From Opitutia bacterium (GTDB lineage: Bacteria > Verrucomicrobiota > Verrucomicrobiia > Opitutales > T3Sed10-336), in assembly GCA_050506795.1 (NCBI GenBank), contig JBJHCF010000001.1, positions 96,001-160,000 on the forward strand: DNA of 64,000 nucleotides. Direction: 5' to 3'. Under the pieces are notes generated by a model. That model searched no databases, was not told where the DNA came from, and was given only the letters and a program-made list of their open reading frames with translations. The position numbers were made by a program, and so were the translations under genes. Numbering within the stretch: the first letter of the stretch is position 1; every line of letters begins with the position of its first letter. Of this stretch, positions 1 to 8,585 are shown one piece after another.

Positions 1-581
1 ACGCCGATGAAAACCGGGGGCGCCTCCCGGTGATCGAGGCGGAGGAGGCGTTGTGGCCGTGGGACGTCTCGCTTGCGGTGATGAACGCCTTGCTGCGCAC
101 GGGCGGTGGCGAGCGTGACATGTTTTTTTGCCGTTCGGGGCAGTACGGGGAGCGGTTCGAGCACTGGGATTTCGGGGTTCAGCGTCCCGGAGGCGAGGAG
201 GAGGGCTTCCGCGTTATCCGCTACGTGCTGCTGTTCGAAGGGGCGGTGCGGGTGCTGCCCGAGCACACGAACGCGCGGATGGAGGATCCGGTGCGGGTTT
301 TGGTCTCGGAGGGACGGCAGCCAGAGTACGTGACGGTACCCGCGAGCGAGCGGGAACTGGCGGTGGACGCGGTGCTGTCGGTCGGCAGCGGCGAGGAATT
401 GAACTTTCACGCCGTTCCCGGGGGAGCGACGATCCCCGACCGGACGAACCACCTCGACGGGACGACTCCCCTTGGGGGGAACATCCTTTTCATGGACGGT
501 CACGTCGCCTGGCGCGACTTCGCCGAGATGGACGACACGAAAGTGGAACCCGCCCCGCCGCACCCGATGTTTTGGTGGTGA
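1..581 (+). CDS. Prepilin-like H-X9-DG domain protein (DUF1559-like), 5'-truncated by the window edge
   Basis: Frame is open from base 3 (ADENRGRLP...WPWDVS). The C-terminus NHLDGTTPLGGNILFMDGHV...FWW aligns with the full-length paralogue at 10614-11348. Confidence 0.85.
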   Translation, partial: ADENRGRLPVIEAEEALWPWDVSLAVMNALLRTGGGERDMFFCRSGQYGERFEHWDFGVQRPGGEEEGFRVIRYVLLFEGAVRVLPEHTNARMEDPVRVLVSEGRQPEYVTVPASERELAVDAVLSVGSGEELNFHAVPGGATIPDRTNHLDGTTPLGGNILFMDGHVAWRDFAEMDDTKVEPAPPHPMFWW

Positions 582-582
582 A

Positions 583-634
583 AGTCCCGCTGTCGCGGGA
601 CTGTGCTTGGTTCTTGGTTTGGTGTTTTTGGTTT
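583..634 (+). terminator. Possible terminator hairpin followed by T-rich heptamer repeats
   Basis: AGTCCCGC-TGTC-GCGGGACT (583-602), then TTGGTTC/TTGGTTT units (607-634). Confidence 0.4.
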
Positions 635-703
635 GGGATCAGATACGAAGCCGAGCTTGAAATCACGCGGTATCGGCCCTTCCGCCGATGAGAACGGAGC
701 AGG

Positions 704-727
704 GGGAAACAACGAAACACACGAAAA
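704..727 (+). repeat. Unpaired copy of the AACAACGAAACACACGAAA repeat family
   Basis: GGGAAACAACGAAACACACGAAAA; the same motif occurs at 4704, 8419 and 10436. Confidence 0.85.
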
Positions 728-789
728 TGAGTTGCAGGATGACTGAACCCATTAACCGACAACGGATAACCGATAACCGGACTTCGCTC

Positions 790-829
<40 letters not shown>

Positions 830-893
830 GGAATGGCGGGACGGGGGCGTTTGGTTGCCTATCCGGACGCTGCGAGCAAGCGGCGCTGAGGTT

Positions 894-1484
894 ATGGCGC
901 TCGAATATCTGGCAGTCATGAACGATCGGAGTGACAAGGCATTGATCCTGCACCTCCAGGCGAATTCTGGAGACGGGCACGCCGCGTTTGCGGTGCTGTA
1001 CCGGCGGCATGGGGAAATGGTACGCAGGGTTGCCTGGCGGTATTTGATCGATAAAAATCACGTTGATGATGTGCACCAAAACACCTTTGTGCGCTTTTGG
1101 AAAAAGCGTCACCGGATCGGAGAGCCCTACCGGGTGAAGGGTTATCTCTCGCGCCTCGCGCACGATGAGGCGGTGAATCTAAACCGAAGCCCGATGGTGG
1201 AGGAATTGTTTTCTTCGTCGGACCTCGAGCGAATTTCCCTGCGGGCTGCATTGAGGAAAGGCATCGAGGGCCAAAGTGTTCGAATAGCACTACGAGAGTG
1301 GTGCGAAAAACACCTTGATGGGAAAACGTCCCGAATATTTATTCTGCGTTTTGTTGAGGGGTTAAAATATTCTCAAATAGCTGAACAAGAAAAGATCCCA
1401 GTGGGAAGCGTTAAACGGATCTTATGTGATTTGAGAAAAAAACTTAAGAAATCGAAAGATTTTCCGAACCTTTTCCGGATTTAA
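894..1484 (+). CDS. ECF-type sigma-70 factor
   Basis: Region 2 (AFAVLYRRH...VDDVHQNTFVRFW) and region 4 (IFILRFVEGLKYSQIAEQEKIPVGSVKR). Start could be 894 or 918. Confidence 0.85.
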   Translation: MALEYLAVMNDRSDKALILHLQANSGDGHAAFAVLYRRHGEMVRRVAWRYLIDKNHVDDVHQNTFVRFWKKRHRIGEPYRVKGYLSRLAHDEAVNLNRSPMVEELFSSSDLERISLRAALRKGIEGQSVRIALREWCEKHLDGKTSRIFILRFVEGLKYSQIAEQEKIPVGSVKRILCDLRKKLKKSKDFPNLFRI

Positions 1485-1575
1485 AACGGTTACCTTATTG
1501 AATGGGCGCAAACTTACGACGGGACGCGGAAAAGACTGATCGATTTAAATACCAAGCTTAAATGAACAAGTACCC

Positions 1576-2040
1576 ATGAACCCATTACAAGGAAAAGTCA
1601 GCCGAAACGGACGCCGGTTTTTGGTCGCAGCGGGGATTATCCTTGCAGTCACGGGGTTGGCCAAGCTTTTTACCGTTACCGGTGACACAACGTTGTTGCG
1701 GGTTTCTGACCCGATTTTCGGGGTCGAGTTTCGGTATTTGATAGCAATGGTAGGTCTAACCGAGCTAGTTATTGCAGGATTTTGTTTCTTTACCAGATGG
1801 GACGCGCTAAGCACCGTCATGGTCGCGTGGATTTCGTCCGGGTTTATGCTTTATCGGGTCGGGATTCGATCTGCTGATTGGCAGAGGCCGTGTGGGTGTT
1901 TGGGAAATCTTACGGATGTGCTAAGAATTCCCTCGCAGATTGCCGAATGGATTTCAATCGGATTGTTGGCGATTCTCCTTGTCGGCAGCTATTGCGCTCT
2001 TTGTGAGGGAATAAGATCGAAAAGGTACGAAACGACGTAA
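1576..2040 (+). CDS. MauE/DoxX-like membrane protein
   Basis: Four hydrophobic segments, a GLAKL motif and PCGCLG, matching the MauE-type CGCxG motif. Confidence 0.75.
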   Translation: MNPLQGKVSRNGRRFLVAAGIILAVTGLAKLFTVTGDTTLLRVSDPIFGVEFRYLIAMVGLTELVIAGFCFFTRWDALSTVMVAWISSGFMLYRVGIRSADWQRPCGCLGNLTDVLRIPSQIAEWISIGLLAILLVGSYCALCEGIRSKRYETT

Positions 2041-2104
2041 AATTGATTCAGGAAAATCATCATAAGGAATCAGTAATTAAAGCAGCTTAAGATTCTAAAT
2101 TTCA

Positions 2105-3277
2105 ATGCACAGACTGAGTAATATAATACTAATTCGATTTCGGGTCCCAAACTGTTGGATTATCCTTATAGGAATCTTCTTTCTCGTCTCTTTCCCGGTT
2201 CGTTCGACGGGAGAAGTCGTGATGGCGCTTGAGGGGAAAGGTACTGCCGGAGTTGTACTTGGAACACAAACGCTTATTTACGAAACTTCCTTTAGCGTTA
2301 TCCTTGCCGTCGATGGTCGGTTTTTGTTCGATTATGACGATCATGTCCATTATCGAAATCGAAATGTGGAATTCGGATATGATGGGGAAAACTTTTTGTA
2401 TTTGATTCGTCCGGGTGACGAAGCGGGCAACCAAGAGGGATTTGCTTATTTGAGTCTGGATACGGAGCATGTACCGATTTTTGGAATTCAAGATGATGTT
2501 CGTGATGCTCTATGGTTGACACTAGGAAGTGGAAGGTTATTTCGCGATCCAGGCTTGTCGGGCACCGAAATCCCCAATCCGTTCCTAGATCCAAGACACT
2601 CTATTGAAGCTCACGGATTTACCTTTGACGCAAAAGTCGTTAATGAACGATTTCCGTTGACATCAGAATTTTTGCTTGTCCGAGATTATGCAGTCGATAA
2701 GGCAACACGAGAGGAAGAAGAACGTCGTTTTGGTTTGAATAGGCTTCATTCATCAGGTGATTTTCAATGGAACCGACGGCAAGAGTGGAAAGACGGACAG
2801 CGTGCCGTCTATTTTGCTTGGGAGAGGGATATCGAGGTAGCCGATTCAGTCAGCGCACCACTTTCATTGGAGGTTTCTGTGTATGATGTTCGACGCCCTG
2901 ATGTGAGTGTCCCTCTTAAGCGGATCCATCTTAGATTTGATTCATGGGAGATCGGCGAACTTGAGAACAAGCGTTTCCTTCCAATGATCGAGGGAAGAAT
3001 TTACGTGACGGATTTCCGCGTGCGGCGCCGAGATAGCGATTTTGATATCGATTTCGTGAATTATTACGTTGGACCTGAATCTGAAACAGGCGAGTGGCGC
3101 AGAAAAGATGATCCTTGGCTTCTAGAACGTGCGGCCTATCAAGCGACAACGCATACCAACATAGAAGGAAGGATTGTCTCGAATCGTATTGTTGTTATTG
3201 TGATTGGATTGAGTGCGCTCTTACTTCCATTAGTGATTGTAAAGATGACACAGAAAGGTAATATGAGTGAGGATTAG
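2105..3277 (+). CDS. Hypothetical exported protein with C-terminal membrane anchor
   Basis: 390-aa ORF with an N-terminal hydrophobic signal-like stretch and a C-terminal TM (IVVIVIGLSALLLPLVIV). Confidence 0.7.
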   Translation: MHRLSNIILIRFRVPNCWIILIGIFFLVSFPVRSTGEVVMALEGKGTAGVVLGTQTLIYETSFSVILAVDGRFLFDYDDHVHYRNRNVEFGYDGENFLYLIRPGDEAGNQEGFAYLSLDTEHVPIFGIQDDVRDALWLTLGSGRLFRDPGLSGTEIPNPFLDPRHSIEAHGFTFDAKVVNERFPLTSEFLLVRDYAVDKATREEEERRFGLNRLHSSGDFQWNRRQEWKDGQRAVYFAWERDIEVADSVSAPLSLEVSVYDVRRPDVSVPLKRIHLRFDSWEIGELENKRFLPMIEGRIYVTDFRVRRRDSDFDIDFVNYYVGPESETGEWRRKDDPWLLERAAYQATTHTNIEGRIVSNRIVVIVIGLSALLLPLVIVKMTQKGNMSED

Positions 3278-3346
3278 GGTTGTTGAAACTTGGAAATGAA
3301 AACTTTTTGTGAGTCCTGTAATGTTAATGAACGAAGGGTTAAATCA

Positions 3347-3748
3347 ATGAATAAAAAAATATCGTTAATCAGAATGAGACTACCTGCTTTCTTACTTCTA
3401 TTGGTGATCTCGGGAATAGCCGGCGTTGGGCATTTGGTTCTTTATGCTGGTGGAGGTGGTTCTCCGCCTGGATATCAGTGTCAAGCGGCCGGAGGGCCGA
3501 AGCAGTTTCCACCAGCAGACGGGGTGAATCCTTGTGAGAGTCAACTTAACCCAACCTGTGAGCCAACCAGATGTGCGTCAATACGTCGACCAAGGGCCTG
3601 TAATTTGGTTCCAGGTGGATCTGGCGATTGCACCGAGGAATCTGGTTGTAACTCTATTTTCGTTAGTCATGTATATTGCGAGTGGAGTTCACAACAAATC
3701 TGTGTTTGCCCACAACAACACCCCCCTGGTAGTCCCGGTGAATTATGA
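3347..3748 (+). CDS. Small secreted cysteine-rich protein
   Basis: Basic plus hydrophobic leader, a GGGG linker, then about 100 aa with 10 Cys. Start uncertain (3290/3347/3374). Confidence 0.65.
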   Translation: MNKKISLIRMRLPAFLLLLVISGIAGVGHLVLYAGGGGSPPGYQCQAAGGPKQFPPADGVNPCESQLNPTCEPTRCASIRRPRACNLVPGGSGDCTEESGCNSIFVSHVYCEWSSQQICVCPQQHPPGSPGEL

Positions 3749-4156
3749 AGTATTATACTTGATGTAGAGATGCGTTCCGTTAGTCAATTCGATATGTCGG
3801 ACCGAAGGCATTCATGTTAGAGTCGATCATACTTGGCAGGGTATTTCCTTGGCTATTGGGTCCGACCGTCCTGTGGGTTGGCCTTTTTGACATGACATTC
3901 TATGCGCCTAGTATTTGAGGCGAGGCGCGATTGATTTTCTGTGAGAAAATGCGAGAACGAGTAAAGTTGTTGCAGATAAGAAAAATTCAGACACGATTTT
4001 AACTTATCGATCACGCTTCAACCCGATCAGCCAGGGCGGGTCGGGTGTTAGTTTAACAAGCAAGATTCGATAACTACACTTTTACTAGGCTACTCCTCGC
4101 TAGTATTCGGGAGTCGTAGCGAATCAATTGCTTAATTTGAATTAGCGATTCGGGTA

Positions 4157-4693
4157 ATGCGGCTACCAGGAATTATGGCATGTTTGGATTATCAGGTAAT
4201 GCGATTTCTGCTTGTGGGATTTCTCGCGGCGGGCGTGGAATTTGTTTTTTTTAACTGGTTCGTTCGGTTCTTCTGGTGTTCGGTTCGTGTGCGGGCTAAT
4301 CTGGTTGCGGTAACGGTCGCCATGTCGCTAAGTTTTCTTTTGAACCGAAATTGGACCTTCGCGGATACGAATTCTGGGAGTTGGCCGGTGATGGAGTTTG
4401 TGGTGGTGACGCTTATTGCGGCTTATGGCCTTCAGTCGTTTGTGATTTGGGTCCTTTCGGTTAATTCGGCTGAAGCTGTATCCGGCGAGGATGTGGGACG
4501 ACGGATTGATGTATCGTGGATTGGGTTGCCTGGGCGCGAAGTGAAGCGGTTGGCTTACGGTCTGGCGGGGTGCGGTGGCGCCGCGTCGGCGGGTCGGGTG
4601 GATTTTGTGGAGCGTAATTTGGTCAAGGGGGCGGCGTTGGGAGTGGCCTTGATTTGGAATTTTTCATGGTACCGGTGGTATGTGTTTTCTTAA
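4157..4693 (+). CDS. GtrA family membrane protein (putative lipid-linked sugar translocase)
   Basis: RFLLVG, ANLVAV, SFLLNRNWTF and WNFSWYRWYVF signatures. Start may be 4175 or 4199. Confidence 0.8.
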   Translation: MRLPGIMACLDYQVMRFLLVGFLAAGVEFVFFNWFVRFFWCSVRVRANLVAVTVAMSLSFLLNRNWTFADTNSGSWPVMEFVVVTLIAAYGLQSFVIWVLSVNSAEAVSGEDVGRRIDVSWIGLPGREVKRLAYGLAGCGGAASAGRVDFVERNLVKGAALGVALIWNFSWYRWYVFS

Positions 4694-4703
4694 ACTGATC
4701 GGA

Positions 4704-5024
4704 GGAACAACGAAACACACGAAACACACGAAAGACACGAAATGAGGGGAATGAAATGATATTGAATGGGATCCTCGGGTGGAGGCACGGAGATGGAGGC
4801 GGGCAGCGATGTCGGCGTTCGCGGGATGGTGTTCAGGCAGAGGTACGAAGATAATGAAGAAGGGTATTGGCCACAGAGATCACAAAGAACACAGACTGGT
4901 GAATTTAGCTGAGAACCGACAACGTTTGCGCGCCGATGCGGTAGGTGACGATTTCCAGTCCGGCGGCACGGGCGGAGCCGTGCCCTCCAGGATTTTTTCG
5001 TGCTTTTCGTGTGTTTCGTTGTCC
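4704..5024. repeat. Intergenic element bounded by inverted 9-mer tandem repeats
   Basis: GGAACAACGAAACACACGAAACACACGAAAGACACGAAA (4704-4742) with an inverted arm at 4993-5024. Internal CACAGAGAT-like 9-mers at 4872-4895. Confidence 0.85.
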
Positions 5025-5052
5025 GAAATATTTCCGCGGTCCAGGCTGCTCT

Positions 5053-6549
5053 ATGGAGAATAGAAAGAGGACTGTCATCGTTGGGGCGGGTCCGGCGGGG
5101 TTGACGGCGGCGGCGGAGTTGACCGGGTCGGGGTATGAGGTGACGGTGCTGGAGGCGGACAAGGACTATGTGGGAGGGATTTCGCGTACCGTCCGGTACA
5201 AGGATTTTCGCTTCGATATCGGCGGACACCGGTTTTTCAGCAAGAATGCTTCCATCGTGGCTTGGTGGAAGGCGCGGTTGCCGGACGATTTTTTAAGCGT
5301 CCGGAGGCAGTCCCGGATTTTTTACGGTGGACGGTTTTACGACTATCCGTTGCGTCCGGCAAACGCTTTGCGGAATCTGGGCGTTTTCAAGAGTACCGCT
5401 TGTGTCATCAGCTACCTCCGCAGACGGGTGTTTCCGGTGAAGCCGGAGGTGACGTTTGAGGATTGGGTGACCAATCGGTTCGGCGACAGGCTGTTCGAGA
5501 CTTTCTTCAAAACGTATACGGAAAAGGTCTGGGGTATGCCGTGTTCCGAGATCAGCGCGGACTGGGCGAGCCAGCGGATTAAGGGGCTTTCGTTAAAGGA
5601 GGCGGTGCTGGGTGCGTTTCGGGCTCAGGGGAGCGGCAACGGCGTCATCAAGACCTTGATCGACGAGTTCCAGTACCCGCGCCTGGGGCCGGGGATGATG
5701 TGGGAGAGGACCCGCGATGATCTTGCGGATGCCGGAATCCGGGTTCGCATGGGGCGAAAGGTTACGGAGATCCATCGGCACCACGGTCGAGTGGGGTTTA
5801 TGCGGACGGTCGATGCGTCCGGGAAGATGGAGGATTGGGAGGCGGACGAATTCATCGTGTCGATGCCTCTGCGCGATTGCGTGCTGGCGCTGCGGCCGGG
5901 GTTGAGTGAGGAGGCGTGCGTGGCGGCTCGCGGTTTGCGGTACCGTGATTTTCTTACCGTGGCCTTGATTGTCGAGGCGGAGGACTTGTTTCCGGACAAC
6001 TGGATTTACATCCATGACGCGACGGTTTCGGTCGGACGAATCCAGAACTTCAACAACTGGAGTTCCGAGATGGTGGGGCGGCCGGGGGTGAGCTGTCTCG
6101 GGCTTGAATATTTCTGCAACGAGGGCGATTCCCTCTGGGAGAGTTCCGATGAGGCTTTGCTCGCGCTGGCGAAATCCGAAATCGGCAAGGTGGGACTGGC
6201 GCGGCCGGAGTCGGTGATTGACGGGTGCGTGGTGCGGATGGAGAAGGCGTATCCGGTTTACGACGGGGAATATGTCGAGCGGGTGAACACGATTCGCCAG
6301 GGGCTTTCGGTCCTGCAGAACTTACAGGTGGCCGGGCGGAACGGGATGCACAAGTACAACAACCAGGACCATTCGATGATGACGGGCATCCTGGCGGCGC
6401 AACGGATCCAGGGCGGGACGCTGGACCCGTGGCGGGTGAACACCGACGCCGAGTATCACGAAGGCGGTTCCAGCGAGCGCGAGGTCGGTCGCTTGGTGCC
6501 GGGCCGAGTGGAAAAGGATACTGTGGAAAGGACGACGGGGATCGAATAA
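5053..6549 (+). CDS. FAD-dependent oxidoreductase, UDP-galactopyranose mutase-like
   Basis: GAGPAG dinucleotide-binding motif, DIGGHRFF, YTEKVWG, AYPVY and GRNGMHKYNNQDHSM. Confidence 0.8.
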   Translation: MENRKRTVIVGAGPAGLTAAAELTGSGYEVTVLEADKDYVGGISRTVRYKDFRFDIGGHRFFSKNASIVAWWKARLPDDFLSVRRQSRIFYGGRFYDYPLRPANALRNLGVFKSTACVISYLRRRVFPVKPEVTFEDWVTNRFGDRLFETFFKTYTEKVWGMPCSEISADWASQRIKGLSLKEAVLGAFRAQGSGNGVIKTLIDEFQYPRLGPGMMWERTRDDLADAGIRVRMGRKVTEIHRHHGRVGFMRTVDASGKMEDWEADEFIVSMPLRDCVLALRPGLSEEACVAARGLRYRDFLTVALIVEAEDLFPDNWIYIHDATVSVGRIQNFNNWSSEMVGRPGVSCLGLEYFCNEGDSLWESSDEALLALAKSEIGKVGLARPESVIDGCVVRMEKAYPVYDGEYVERVNTIRQGLSVLQNLQVAGRNGMHKYNNQDHSMMTGILAAQRIQGGTLDPWRVNTDAEYHEGGSSEREVGRLVPGRVEKDTVERTTGIE

Positions 6550-8410
6550 TGCGTGTCCTACTTGCCGCGTATTTTTCCGTGGTGATCACCGCCGGTGTCC
6601 TGGTGGCGACGGGGCTGGTGCCGGATTGGGGGCGGTGGTACTCCAATCACCTGGCTTACCGCTGGCAGACGGAGGCGCTGCTGAGCGGGTCGGTGTCGAT
6701 CGGTACCGAGGCGCGGTACCTGGTGTGGGACAAGGTCTGGGCGAATGGAAACGTGCAACAGGCCTGGGGCCTGGGCGTGCCGTTCTGGAGGTTGCCTTTT
6801 GAAGCGGCGGCCGGAGTTTTGGGGCTGGGCATGTTTCCCGACCGAATCGCGTTCGGGGTGGCGTGGGCATCGGTTGTTTTTCTTTTGATGCGTCTGTTCG
6901 TTTTGCCGGGAAACACGAAAGACCCGATGGCGTTCTTGAGACAGAAGCCGGAAGCCTTTTGTGCGTTTGTCGTGTTGGCGCTGTTTCCCCCTCTGCTCAC
7001 GATGTGCCGGTTCCGGTTCGTGGTGTACGAGGAGGCGGCGGCTTACAGTTTCCTGGCGGGGATGGGGTTGTTCGCCGGGACCTTGCTGTTTTTCCGTCGG
7101 CCCACGTTGCGGGTGTTCCTGGTGCTGGCCGCCCTGGCGGGTCTGGCCCCGTTCGTGCGTCCGACGTTGTTGGCTTACGGCGTGACAACAATGCTGGTGA
7201 TCTCGTACGGCGCGTGGCGGCTCGGATGGTCCTATCCGAGGATGGCCGCGGGGCTGGGCTTGTTCGCGCTGGGGAGCGTCCTGCTTTTCGCCTCCAATCA
7301 TGTCCGGTTTGGAGCCCCGCTTGAGTTCGGGCACGGAGTCAACTTGAACACGGTCGATTCAATGCGCTACACGAGCCGGTTCGATCATCCGTTCCGTTCG
7401 GAGCCGCCTGGCTCGGCCGCGGTGGAATTGACCTCCGCGTTGTTTGTCGCCGGGAATACGTTCACCGGATATCAATGGTACGCCCCGGAATTGATTCCGG
7501 GACAGTCGTCCACGCATCGGTGGCGGGAGTTTTATTTCAAGACGTACGATGTAAGCTTCGCCCTGATGCTGGTTATTGCCTGGGGATGGGGGATTTGGGG
7601 GAAAGGACGAGGGTGGAGGGGCGAGGGTGGAGGGGCGAAGGAGAAGGGGCGAGGGGCGAGGGGGGTGGTGCGTGGCCGGAGATTGGGGTGATGGTGGCTT
7701 GGTCGCTGATTGCTTCGGTTCCGATTTTTCTGTTCTATTTGCGGGCGCCGTTTTTGGCGTCCCGGTATTTGCTGGATTTCGGACCGGCGTTTGCGGTGGC
7801 GGCGGCGGTTTTTGTGTTCTGGTGCGGAGGGGTGGCGCGGGCGTACGTTCGCTCGCGGCGGTACGCGAACGGGATCGTTGTGACGGTGTTTTTCCTGTGG
7901 TGGGGGTGGCAGGTTTTTACGGCGCAAGGCGCTTTCGATCCGGCGCCGGTTCTGACGCGCGAGCAACTGTCGACGCGCATGGCGATGGTGAGGGGAGAGG
8001 CTTCCGAGGTTCGGTTGCCGGACGAGTACCGGGCGGGGATGGATGCGGAGCGCGCGTGGCCGCCGTTCAACGCGGCCGGATGGGACCTTGAAACCGGGCC
8101 CACCAGGGCGGCGGTCACCCTTTTTGTTCCCGGAGTGAAGGAGTTGATATTGGAAATAGCGCCTGCCGAAGAGGCGTCGCTCGCGGCTGACGACTACAAA
8201 CGGATCCAAGCGAAGGTGGGCGTGGAATTCCTGGAGCGTATGCGTATCGAGGAGACGGACGAGGGGCGTCGTTTGGTGTTCCGGGGACCGAAGCGGGAGA
8301 TCTATCGAAACGGTATGCAGGCGGCGTTTTTAGGTTTCGCATGCGCCGAAACGGTGACCGATGGGGATTCGGATTTCCGGCTTTTGCGGGTCGAGTGGAA
8401 AGAATGGTAA
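6549..8410 (+). pseudogene. Polytopic membrane protein (GT-C-like), frameshifted in a G-rich heptamer tract
   Basis: Starts at a TAATG overlap. The first frame stops at 7691, while homology to the intact paralogue 8586-10409 continues in another frame (WSL...SRYLLDFGP...AKVGVE...RVEW) to 8410. Confidence 0.75.
7602..7664 (+). repeat. Degenerate GAGGGGC heptamer tandem array inside a coding region
   Basis: AAAGGAC GAGGGTG GAGGGGC GAGGGTG GAGGGGC GAAGGAG AAGGGGC GAGGGGC GAGGGGG. Confidence 0.85.
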
Positions 8411-8418
8411 AGGAGGGG

Positions 8419-8556
8419 GAAACAACGAAACACACGAAAGGCACGAAAAAATACAGAGGAGAAAATTTTGATTCAGAAAACCACCTTGCTGACTCTTCTT
8501 CAAAAAAGGCACAGATTGTTATCCATTTTCGTGCCTTTCGTGTGTTTCGTTGTTTC
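8419..8556. repeat. Perfect 31-bp inverted repeat element (MITE/REP-like)
   Basis: GAAACAACGAAACACACGAAAGGCACGAAAA at 8419-8449 and its exact reverse complement at 8526-8556. Confidence 0.9.
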
Positions 8557-8585
8557 AAAATAAATCCGAGCACAGGCTCCAATCA

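Noticed and set aside
3746..3820. Possible selenocysteine readthrough of the TGA ending the Cys-rich ORF (frame continues to ...RRHSC-stop)
   Set aside because: No convincing SECIS-like hairpin follows the TGA, and the protein already has an even number of Cys.
4021..4130. Weak hairpins between the Cys-rich gene and gtrA as an ncRNA or riboswitch
   Set aside because: Only short imperfect stems, with no recognisable family consensus.
4690..5229. Short ORFs with TTKHTK or FRVFRC motifs (also near 688, 8115-8607) and the N-terminal extensions of ORFs 4945 and 8550
   Set aside because: They arise from reading through the inverted 9-mer repeat elements; better starts lie at 5053 and 8586.
5053..6549. 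Protoporphyrinogen oxidase (hemY) call
   Set aside because: No haem-pathway neighbours; context and motifs fit a sugar mutase-like enzyme better.
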